Positions 20,130 through 31,510 of a stretch of DNA of 64,000 bases are shown here, piece by piece. The position numbers were made by a program, and so were the translations under genes. Every line of letters starts with the position of its first letter. Position 1 is the stretch's first letter. Below the pieces are notes generated by a model. That model was not told the origin of the DNA, made no database searches, and saw nothing but the letters and a program-made list of their open reading frames with translations. The DNA comes from Thalia democratica (taxonomy: Eukaryota). The stretch covers positions 26,350,001 to 26,414,000 of the forward strand of contig OZ241829.1 of NCBI GenBank assembly GCA_965202585.1. The letters are read 5' to 3'.

Positions 20130-23100
20130 ATGGTTTCTGAAAAAACTCACAACAAGTCTGAAGGAATGAAATCAACGAACCAGTTAGTGTTTATTAAAAA
20201 TGAGCTTTTGCCAGATATGAAGGCGCACAGATTTAGCTGGCCGTTCCGAAAGCCAGTAGATGTAGTTGCACTAAACATTCCAGTTAGTTTTTAAAAGTAT
20301 TAAATAAGTGTTGATGTCTACATATCAATATTAAATGAAGTATAAATCAAAATAATGATAGTAATAATAATGATAATAATAACAGTTATAATGATAATGA
20401 TAATAATGATAATGATAGTAATACATTCAAATTTTAATATAAATTAGTAAAACAATGTTGATCATCAATTGAATAAAACTTGTAATTTCTTTTATATAAA
20501 CATGCAAGAGTACATTAGGATAATATCTTAAATAAAACTAGCATTTATGTGTAAAATAACAAAAAAAAAGTTTTAAGTTATCAATTTAAAAAATCATAAT
20601 ATTACCAGATTAGTTAACGTTAAGGTTGGAAAATGTAAGCTACCTAACAATACTATGATTTTTTAAACTTAAGCAAATAAATATACCTACATCTAGCAGG
20701 CTTGTAAAATTTTTGAACGAATAAAACAACTTCTGCAACTAAAACACTAGACTGAATATCTGCTTTTACTATTTAAAAAATGTCACCTACTGTATTGAGA
20801 CGTAATTACAAGTTAGGCTTATAAAATCTAATAGCGCTATTTGTTTCAAATTTTAAAATTAATTACTTTTTTTTTGCTTTTGATATTTGCTTGTACAAGT
20901 TAAAATAGTTTTTTACTTATAAAATTTTCATAAGTTTTTTTTTAAGTTTTTAAAATTAACACATGAACTTATTATATCGTTCCTTTTTTAAGAAATTCTT
21001 TCATTAGCGTTCGCTACTTCCATCTTTTCGTAGGAACAGGTCATGCAGATTCTCTGCGAAATCCTTATTTCTCCGATTTGATGTAAAATGTTCTAGTAAA
21101 TGTTGTAATCAGTATTATTTTTTTTAAATTGCAATGTGTATTTCGACGGTACGGTGCTATTTTCCTTGTGGACTTTCAAATCTCTGATATGGCCGTAACA
21201 TCTTGTTTTAAAAGGTCCCCCAGTGCTTCCTATGCATAGCTCTATTTATTTTTGTGGTAACCATAGCAAGTTACATTCTTAGTGAGGCATCTGTTTTTGA
21301 GTTGGCATAGTTTTAAGGTTTCTGCAGTTGCAGAGTGACTCTTTTGTGTTGGTGTTTTCATTTTGTTCTATATTATCCATAGTCTTTTTATTATTGTGTC
21401 TTTAAACTAACATTTTTTTATAACGCTCATGCAACTATACGACAACTTGCAATTTATTTTATTTGTTAAACTGATTAGACTGTTGTTTAAAATGCTTGTT
21501 CATTAATTCAAAAAATATTTTTTTCAACATTTGTCTTTACTGATTCGCAAAATGGTTGATTGAAATAAATAATTTTTCTTGATCTATTTCTTTTCTTTTT
21601 CTGTTTGTTAAAATCTTCCGTATAAGTCAGTGTGTGTTTAAAATCTGATTTTTTTTAGCATGTTTTGGTATGTGCATTTATTGTCGTCAAAAATGTTTTT
21701 GTTAAAAGGTAATTTAATCAGTCTATTTTCTATCATTACCGGTAGTTTTTTTTTTAATAATTTTAGAATGATTGTATTTTTATTGATGCATCTAATTTCT
21801 GTATTTCCTTTTTTGTACGGTTTAAATACATTGTTTGTAAGGTCTAATGTTACGTCTAGAAAGGTGCATATAATTGTGTCGGTATATAAAGTTACTTTAA
21901 AACTAATGTCTTTGAATATTTTAGTTGTTATTTTCTTTTTGCATTTTAAATTTTGCTCGTTTTTTGGTTGGATAATGGCAAGAATGTTGTCTCTATATAA
22001 GTCTATTTCTTGAAATCATGAAGATAATTAAGCTTGCTTAGTGCGCAAAGCCCGATTAGATCGCTAACTTGGCACCGAAGAAGGAGCCCATGGGAACGTC
22101 AAGTTGATTGCTGTTGATTTGTTTAAAATAATTTTTTTTTGTTTAAAGTTAAAAATTGTTATACATGTAAAATAAATTAATTTAATGCCCCTGTTCTCTA
22201 ATGTACAGTATTTCTTTTACAAAATTTATATCGTTTATCAAATGGTTTTTAGTTATGCTGGGTTAAAATTAACAGTCACAAAATTTAAATAACTTTTTAC
22301 TGTCTTATTTTGGGTATAATCGAACCATTGGATTATTTCAAATGAGTTTTCCATTGGACCAATCTTGACGCGTATCTTATCTTCCTCACAGCTCTTTCCT
22401 AAATATTTTTACTTATCCTTCCAAGTTCGTTTTTGTCTGGGTAAAGAAAAGGTACTAAATAAAACAATAACAAAAATGTATAAAATGTAAAATAAAACTA
22501 AATGACATACCGTCAGCAAGCAAGAAACCTGTTCAACTGATGATCTCGTTTTATTTAATTCAAACTAGTGAAACATTGTTTTCTTAACAAATGATAAAAT
22601 TTGAACTGATTATTCTCCATACTATAAAGTCGAACATTTTTATTGTGATCTATAAAGTAAATAGTACACAATAATAATGAAAATAATGACAATAAGAACA
22701 ATAACAATATTAACAATAACAATAATGACCCTAAAAACGATATCAATAACAATTATAGCAATAACAATAATACCAATAAAACAATAAAAATAATAGACTT
22801 TAAGACAAAAACAATTATTACTTCTAATATATTATACATATATAGTACAAATCTTATATAATTCTACTTAATTTTAAGCATTAAATAATAATTTTAATTA
22901 TGTAAATTTTTATGTTTTGCATGTTTTTGTACGTTTTACAAAAATCAGAAAACATACATGTTTAAAACTTAATTTACTTAAACTCTTTTGTTTATTAGTT
23001 TTTTTTTTCTTATTCATATTACTGTTCTACACACGAGTAGCTGGTTTAACCAAGTACTTTAGATACTTTTATTCAAAAGTAGTTTTAAATATTTATTTAT

Positions 23101-25179
23101 TTTCTTAACGTTCTTTTATTCATCTCATAGGATTACTACACTATCATTAAAAGGCCCATGTGCCTACAAACGTTAGAAGATAAACTCAACAGAAACCAGT
23201 ACAAAAGTGCAAGTGATTGTATTGAAGATATTCAACTGATATTCGATAATTGCCACGCTTACAACCCTGTTAGTTTTTTTTTTTTTTTTTGTTTATATTC
23301 ATAAAGTTTCGTTAGCCTTCCTAGGTATAGAAAGGTAAAAAAATATACTGTATAAAAAGCTTGATGAACAGTTATCAAATAAAAATTTGTTCAAGCTTAA
23401 CCAACTGTANNNNNNNNNNNNNNNNNNNNNNNNNNNNNNNNNNNNNNNNNNNNNNNNNNNNNNNNNNNNNNNNNNNNNNNNNNNNNNNNNNNNNNNNNNN
23501 NNNNNNNNNNNNNNNNNNNNNNNNNNNNNNNNNNNNNNNNNNNNNNNAAATACTGCTACAATTCTATAAATTATAACATTAACAACAAAGTATTTAATAT
23601 AAGATTAAATAATAAATACATTAGGTAAATACCAAAGTTTCTGATTTGGGACAAAAACTAGAAAGGTTTTTCAACAAAAAGATGAAGGAATTACCTTACG
23701 TCGAAAAAGAAATAGCAGTGGAGAAAAATAACGACAAAAACAGAAAAAGAAAATTTGATCCATTAAAAATGAATAAGGAAATTAAACCTTTGGAGGTATT
23801 TATTTTTTTGATTGTGTTCCTTTAAATATCTATGTTAACTTTATAAAATACCATCAAATAGCTTTGCAGACGCCCATGCTTTTTAATTTTGTTTAGAATG
23901 ATACTTCGATAGCTTTTTAAAATTTATTTCACTTAAAAGTTTGAATAGTATTATGTAAATTATAAGAAAAATTAATCTTAGATGAAGAACAAAAGCAGCA
24001 AGAAAATAAAACGAAGTAATGAATTGCCGCGTAAGAAAATGTCTTCTTCAGTTTTATCGCCAACAGAAATAGAGTTTTTTTTGTTCTTAGTTTTATATGT
24101 AAAAAAATTAACGCTATTTATTGTATTTTTGTTTAGAAATCAAACATTAGCATCTCTTTTTTAGTAAACTACCTGAAATAGGTTGTCATTCATTAAAATT
24201 AGGTAAATAATTAGTTATTAGCAATAAATATATAAGAATAAGAAAACATTTTTACTTCGTAAACTCTTATGAAGCTCTTTCAAATAATTGTGTTTACATT
24301 ATCTTTTAAACATTTCCCAAGTATAACAAATATAAGATTTAATAATATAAATTCTTTTTCATTAGTGATGAACAGCGTACCAACAAAAAGCTCAAAGTTA
24401 GGTCCAATGAAGAAAAAAGATCGATTATGAAGAAAGTAATAAATTTATCAGCCAATCATCATGAACAAGCGACCAAAATAGTTATAGTAAGATAAATTTT
24501 TTTTATATGTAATAGTAAACAAAATTAACTGATTTCAGACGGTTTTAAAGGATTTTTTACATGTTAATGAGTGAATGCTTTTTAACTTCATACTCAATTA
24601 AAACGTTAACACTATAGGTTTTATATAAAACAAAAGTAACTTAATTTTATTGATAAGATATCTAAAGTTTATTTATAAATTGAATGATTATGATAAATGC
24701 CTTTGTTTGTTATTAACTACTTCATATTTTTTTCTAATTTATTTCAAGTCTTGTCGCAAATTAATGTTGTTTACAACCTTGTTATAATAGAAACTGGAAA
24801 AAGATCTTATGGATCGCAAGGGAGATCATGTCTTTAACGATGAGATGTTCCAAATCTATCCCGAAGAAGTTAGTGACAGTACTTACAATGAGGTGGAAAA
24901 ATATTTAAAAAGATTCCGTTCAGTTGTAACAAGTATGTCTTAGTCTTTAAATTTCCTTTGTAAAATGAAACTTAAACTAAGTTAACTTAATTTAGTGTTC
25001 ATTCGAACCGAATGAAATACTTATGTTGCGTTAACCTAAAGCTTAGAGTAACATTGCTTATCAATTATACAGATCTGAGCGACTCTAGTTCATCTTCTTC
25101 GAATGATTCATTCTTGTTCAAAGTTTCTTCACTTAATGAAAAATGTCTCACTAACGGTTCAAACACGATGGACTAGTTC
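20130..25179 (+). CDS. BET-family-like protein with one bromodomain and an ET domain, 7 exons, ~280-330 aa
   Basis: Exons 20130-20282 (STNQLVFIKNELL...FSWPFRKPVDVVALNIP), 23131-23268 (DYYTIIKRPMCLQTLEDKL...FDNCHAYNP), 23625-23795, 23982-24073, 24366-24486 (SNEEKRSIMKKVINLS), 24791-24933 (FQIYPEEVSDSTYNEVEKYL), terminal exon from 24996 or 25073. TNQL, WPF, PVD, DYY and NC..YN are BET BD1-type motifs; exons 5-6 resemble the ET pattern SYEEKRQL...[20 protein letters not shown]. Confidence 0.85.
20340..20425. repeat. (AAT/AATGAT)n microsatellite in intron 1
   Basis: aataatgatagtaataataatgataataat...gataatgatagtaat. Confidence 0.85.
20960..22450 (-). mobile_element. Decayed Penelope-like retroelement (RT + GIY-YIG) inserted antisense in bromodomain-gene intron 1
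   Basis: Minus-strand fragments in the expected order: KNELGRISKNILGK...EIIQWF (22450-22310), DVPMGSF and LYRDNILAII (22120-21960), sequence resembling the WFNPPF..SVKTN...SYSCM motif (~21560-21420), CIGSTGGPFKTRCYGH...CMTCSYEKMEV (21250-20990). Many stops and frameshifts. Confidence 0.8.
22660..22800. repeat. Degenerate (AAT/AAC)n low-complexity tract
   Basis: aataataatgaaaataatgacaataagaacaataacaatattaacaataac... Confidence 0.75.
23410..23547. other. Assembly gap (138 N) in intron 2 of the bromodomain gene
   Basis: Run of N; ORFs 23361-23576 and 23387-23569 are artefacts of it. Confidence 1.
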
Positions 25180-25602
25180 AATTTCTCTTCAATTTATTCT
25201 AATTGTATTAATAAACTTTCTAAAACTGGAATTTTTAGTGTAAATTAGTAATACTCTTCTATTTACTACTAAATAAAATATAAAATATTATCTACTATAT
25301 TCTTACTACCAGTGTAAGAATGAACATTTAAGATTAAATTATTATTTTGCAAGTTACTTTTATTATCTTTAAAGTAATTATTGTAACATATTTTAAAGAT
25401 ATGAAAAAGGCAGGCAATGTTAATCATTTACTTTAAAGGTTTTATACAACGAACAACATCTAATTTTAATTTTCGTCTTTATTTTAAAATTTCAACCCAA
25501 TTTCCGACTTAAAATTATTTAAATTTTCTAAAAAGCTGTTATAAATATTATTATACTATTTTTTAAAGTTTTTAAATATATGGAATAAAAACAGTCTATG
25601 TA

Positions 25603-26425
25603 TATGGGTAGGGGTCAGAAAAGCACAGCGTCACTTTAGCACGGGGTGATACTTGAGCACGGAGTGACACTTTAGCACGGAGTGTCACTTTAGCACAGAG
25701 TTACACTTTAGCACGGAGTGACATTTTAGCACGGGGTGACACTTTAGCACGGAGTGACATTTTTGCACGTAAAAATTTTAAATCTTTTTAAATGTTTATT
25801 TAAATAATGTTTAATTATCTAAAACAATTAACTGAACAAAAAAACAATTGTGAAATTTAGATTTAACACTTTAAAAAATATCGTCTTAGAAAAAATTATA
25901 AATAAAGTTTTTGCTATGTGCTTAAACTGAAATAAGAAAGTATTTAATCTTTATATTTCTCACTTTTTATTTAAACCTTACGCTTAAAGTTTAGTCTTAT
26001 TAGATTAGATTATTATTAGATTAGTTAAAGCATTTTTAAAAATTTAATAATCTTAGAGCTTGTATTTATTGCTAACTTTATTGAAATTGTTTTATGTCGA
26101 AAACTTTAAAGTAAATGTATCAAAATATTTTCATCTAAAATTAAATAGTAAGACAAGTTAATAAAGTTTTTTAATTAAATTTTGTCATAGTTTTAGGTAA
26201 AACTTAAACTTGTAACTCATTTAAAGCTTGTTTAATTTTAGTTTACATGTTGCAATGTTCGTTTTTAGATTTTTTAAATAATACAGTACCTAATGTGATT
26301 TAGGCAAAGGAAAAAATGCAAAATAAATTCTGTGCTAAAATGACACTCCGTGCTAAAGTGACGCTATGCTAAAGTGACACTCTGTGCTAAATTGTCACCC
26401 GTGCTTTTCTGACTGGTTCCCATGT
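25603..26425. mobile_element. Non-autonomous DNA transposon with TIRs and 18-bp subterminal tandem repeats
   Basis: Left end atggg...gtcagaaaagcac followed by ~8 copies of gtgacactttagcacgga (25625-25770); right end has ~4 inverted copies (26330-26405) then gtgcttttctgac...cccat. Confidence 0.8.
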
Positions 26426-26679
26426 ATATAACTTATTTTGGTTTTTTTCTAACATCTTGTTTTTATCCTAGAGAAGAAAATTTATTCAGCTGAAATAAAA
26501 GCTTCATGTATCCAAAATATTATTAAAATAAAAATTATATATTAGTTTGTATTTAGCAAATTAAGAGAACATTTTTCTTCTAAATCTAATCTCTTTAGCT
26601 TAATGAAGTCTTAAAGTTTATAAAATGCTTTTTGAAAATATTTCAAATATTATGTATTTAAGAATAGGTTGTATTAAAA

Positions 26680-27030
26680 TAGGGGTCAGCAAACATTTAG
26701 TGGTCGCAGGCCAAACTTTAAAATTAATAATAATTGAATCGAAATAATATATTCAAAAGAGCATATATATATATATATATATATAATATTTACAAATTAT
26801 AACATTCTACAAAAACACTGTAGTTAAATTTTACTAAACATACAAACCCACAATATCATGTGTAACTTTTAAACTTACTTTAAACTTTCCTAAAGTCGTG
26901 TACAATATTTTATTTCACATCAAGCATCAAAATATTTTGAGTGAAATTAAGACCGTGGGACGCGGTTTAACCCGAAAAGATCCCATTTGAACTAAAAACA
27001 TGCTCGCAGGCAGCAGCTTATCGACATCTG
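26680..27030. mobile_element. Degenerate hAT-type MITE
   Basis: Left end taggggtcagcaaac, weak right end ttatcgacatctg; a related end (accgacccctg) occurs at ~1165-1175; (AT)n tract at 26762-26786. Confidence 0.4.
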
Positions 27031-29137
27031 TATTAGAAAGTAACTAATAAAAAGTAACAGTTAAAAAGCAGTTTTGTTAACTTTCAAAAAAGTATGGTTT
27101 AGTTAACTTAATTCAAACTAAACAGTCTATAATATCTTTATTGTTTCATTTAACATATAGTTACTTTGAAATTTTGATGCTAATTTTAACTTGTCAACTT
27201 AAATACACTGTGACATGCTTTTTGACTTTGTGTAAAAATAGTTTTTAATTTTAAATAAGTAATAATTTTTGGGCGAAAACAATAAGTCTATAAACTTTTT
27301 CAATAAACATGTGACGTGTTTAGACCGCTTTTCTAGAGCTTGACAAATTAAAAATAATAAAGAAAAAAACTTTAACTAAAATAGTTTTATCTATAAAATT
27401 AGTTTCAATTAACACTTGTACTTTTGACAGTATTTAGAAGATTTGGTTATGCTTCTTTACTTGATTTTAAATGTTGAATACAAGAATCTATACAACCCAA
27501 TACCATAACGATATGTAAAAGAAATTTAAGTCTTAATAAAAACATTTTTTTTGCGCTGTTGTTAACCGCTGATATACTAGATAAAAATTAACATTTAGTT
27601 ACGTTTTCATAAATAACTTATAGATTTTTAGAGCCTACCTTTGAATTTATTCACCAATACTAGATATTTCTTAAATCTAAGAAATTAGTTTAAGGTTTCT
27701 TTATAGAAACAAACTTTAACAAGCTCTAAATTAATTTCGTAAAAACAATCTTTTAAAATAATGCATAAAACTTTGAAGTATAAGGAAAGGCTAGTATTAG
27801 CAAATAAACTTTAAAATGCACTATTTTGTACCAAGTCCTTTGTTAATAGTTTATAAGCGTTGGTTTATTTATCGTGTTCAAAAAACGTATTTGTTTTTGT
27901 ATAAGATAATGCAATTTTTCTTAAATTCAATAACTTTTGATGTTGAGCTCAATCATTTTATTTGTGGAAAGAAAATTTATTTACAATCAAACTTTTATTT
28001 AATTTTAATGTAGTACTTAAAATTCGGGTATATAAAAGCAGATTCACAAAAATATTTCGAATTATCCTTTTTTAAATACCATATTTTTTTTTATTTTTAG
28101 GTTTTCCTTCTTACATTTTACATAAACTGACCAAGTCATATTAATGACTCGATCACGACATTAATGTAGCTAAATTAATTTTTATTTTTATTGCCATTAT
28201 TTCGAGCTGAAATATTCCAAGGTACTTTATCTTTCAAATTACTTTAAGAATATAAATGCTAGTACCAGTAATTTTTTTGTAAGTTAAATTAAATTAATTA
28301 AAATTTGTTAGTTTAAGGTTATAATCTAGTAACTAAGGGATTTTTTTAGTTCGTGTTTCAAACGTTTAACTTGATTTGTTTTAAAACTTTAATCAATAAT
28401 TATTATTTAATAACAGTGTCTACAAAACTTAAAATAGTTATTAATTAGCTTTTAAGACTTTCTATTATTGTATTTAACTTTTAATTTTTTTCTCAAAATA
28501 ATAGCCAGCTATTATTATTATTGAAAAATATCTGCATATCTAACAACTACTAGTTACTTATTTTCTTAAGCAGTTGATTTAAAACTTTTGTGTTAAATTC
28601 TAGTTCCAGCAAAAGGTTTTTGCTCACTAAAACTATCTTTTAAAACTAAACTATAGAGTTTTATTCATATTTATTTATACTAATAAGATCACTAAGTAAC
28701 ATACTGTTTATAAAACAGTAATTTGAGAAAATAAGAAATAAATAATTAACAAATAAAAACTAAATAATATTTATAATTTTTGTTAATTGTTTTACATATA
28801 CACTAAATTTTATTTTAACAAATAAATGCTCAAATACTTGAGTAGACACTTACACAACTTTAAAAAGTCTTTTTATTTAAGAAGCTAAAAAATACTTCAG
28901 TATCTTTTAAGGAAAAAACTGTTTCTACCTCATCTATTAAAGCCTAGACAAGCCTCTGAAACTATTTATTGATTTTGATGCTCAAAAAACTGAATGCATT
29001 TTAAGTCTTAACTAGTTCAAAATGTCTTTTACTAAGTAGGTGCACACATTTAGGAATAAGGAGAATATTCCCACTTTTGTCAAGTATAAAAGTACTTAAA
29101 ACACATTAAAGTTTTATTACAGTTTATCTAAACTAAA

Positions 29138-31510
29138 GTGTCTCCTGAAGAAACTCACAATATTTCTGAAGAAACACTGAAATCCGCAGTTCAGTTACAG
29201 CTTATTAAAAATGAGTTTTAACCAATTTTGATGATTCTTGTTTGAAGATTCAGCTGGCCTTTCCGAAAGCCCGTATATGTAGTTGCATTGAATATTAAGG
29301 TTGGTTTTTAGTATTAAAACTAAACTTAAAGTAAAGCGTTCAATATTTTTTTTGTAGTTAAATTATTGTGTTATAAATAGTCAAAATCCTTTATGAAGTT
29401 TCCAAAATATCTTAGTTTTTAAACTTAGTTTGTTAAAACCTTAAGCATATCAATTTATCCAAAATATCTTACTGATCTATACATAAACAGTTTTTTAATT
29501 ACTTTTGTTTTTTATGATGTCTTAACTAAGTACTTTGAATATTATGTTAAGAAGTCATTAGAAAGACTTTTTTTTTAAGTAGTTTTTAATTTCTTTTATA
29601 ATCATTTTTTTAGTTTTTTATCGTTCTTTTATTCATCTCATAGGATTACTACACTATCATCGAAAGGCCCATGTGCCTACAAACGGTAGAAGATAAACTC
29701 AACAGAAACCAGTACAAAAGTGCAAGTGACTGTATTGAAGATATTCAACTGATATTCGATAATTGCCACGTTTACAACCCTGTTAGTTTTTTATTTTTTT
29801 GTAATTGAAGGTTATAAACGTTAGCCTACTTAGGTATTTGAATATAAATTAAAATAGTTTACAAACAGTTATGATATAAACGTTTGTTGAAGTTTTAAGT
29901 CTTTTAATTTTAATATTACTTGACATATACTTCAATAAATAACTTAATTAGGTAAATACCAAAGTTTCTGATTTGGGACACAAACTAAAAAGTTTTTTTA
30001 ATAAAAAGATGAAGGAATTACATAATGTCGAAAATGTAGTGGCAGTAACAAAATAAAACAAAAATAGAAAAAAAAACTAATTTATCAAAAAAGAAGAAAG
30101 AAATTAATCCATAGAAGGTATAAAATTAATTTTATTGATTTAAAACTTAAAAATTTATTATTTAAATTCCTATCAAAAAAACTTAGTGAAGACCTATGCA
30201 TTTACATTTGTTTCAAAAAGTAATTAATTTTATTTGAAATTATATCCCAAGACAATTTAAACATTACCTATCAATCATATTAAAAATTATTTTAAATAAA
30301 GGCCAATGGCACAAAAAAAATTAAACGAAAAAAAGAAGTGCCGTCCAAAAAAATATCTTCTTCAGTTTTATCAATAACAGAAATACAGTTAGAGTTTCTT
30401 TGTGTTCTAAGTTTTGCGCATAACAAAAAATGATACTTTTTATACTAGTAAATCAAGGAAAAAAATATTAGCAACAATATTTTTTAGTAAATTAACGACA
30501 TAAATTGTTTTCCAAATAAACTAAGGGAATAAATATATCATAAATTTACAAATAAAATACACAATTTTAATTCAATTTCTGAAAAACACTTCACAAATTA
30601 TACAAATAATTTTTTAACAATGAATTAACTCTTGTCACATTAGCAGTGCACAGCATACCAAGTAAAAACAAAAATTTAGTTCTATTGAAGAAAAAAGATC
30701 AATTATAAAGGAAGTAATAAATTTATCAGCCAATCAGCATAAGCAAGCGACCAACATTATTATAGTAAGTTGTACTATTTAATTTATACTAGTAAACAAA
30801 AAGTTTTTTTTTTTATGAATACCAGACATAAATGATTGTTTACAAGTTAAGTTTATGAGCGAATTCTTGTAAGCTTCTTACTCAATCAAAACGTTGATAG
30901 TAGAGGTTTTATGTAAAACAAAAGTAACATATTTTTAATAACAAGGTATCTATGGGTTTAATTGAAATTTGCATAATTATAAAACATGCTTTAGTTGTAG
31001 TTATAAACTATGTTGTAATGTTTTTCTCATTTTAAATCTTGTCGTAAATTAATTCTGTTCAAAACTTTATTATTATAGAAACTAGAAAAGAATCTTATGA
31101 AACGCAAGGGAGATCATGTTGACTATGATGAAGTATTCTATATCTATCCATAAGAAGTGATGGTACTTACAATGAAATTGAAAAATATTTAAAAAGATTC
31201 CGATCAGTTGTAACAAGTATTTTTCAGTCTTTTTATTTCCTTAATAAAGTAAAACTTAAACTAAGTTAAATAGTTCTAAAATTTGTTTATGCTTTAACTT
31301 AATAGGATCAAAAAATAATGCTGAATTTACTAAAACCCCGAAGTAACGTTATTTAATATTTTTCCAGATTTAAGCGATTCCAGCTCATCTTCGAATGATT
31401 CTTTAGGCCTAAAATCCCCCGAGTTCCTAAAAATTTTTGAATAAAGCTTTTGAGTTCAAAGCTTCTTCAGTTACTGAAAAATTTCCCATTCAAAGTTCAA
31501 ACACGGTGGA
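29138..31510 (+). pseudogene. Tandem pseudogene copy of the single-bromodomain/ET gene
   Basis: Homologous exons at ~29138-29300, 29644-29781, 29952-~30117, ~30300-30387, 30644-30764, 31079-~31218 and from 31368. ATG is replaced by GTG; in-frame TAA at 29219-21, 30054-56, ~30663-65 and 31151-53. Confidence 0.85.

Noticed and set aside
21660-23576. ORFs 21660-22013, 22555-22752, 22917-23108, 23361-23576
   Set aside because: Antisense of Penelope sequence, microsatellite translation or gap artefacts within introns of the bromodomain gene.
25625-25770. 18-bp repeats as CRISPR or iteron array
   Set aside because: Head-to-tail with no spacers and mirrored at 26330-26405: subterminal repeats of a DNA transposon.
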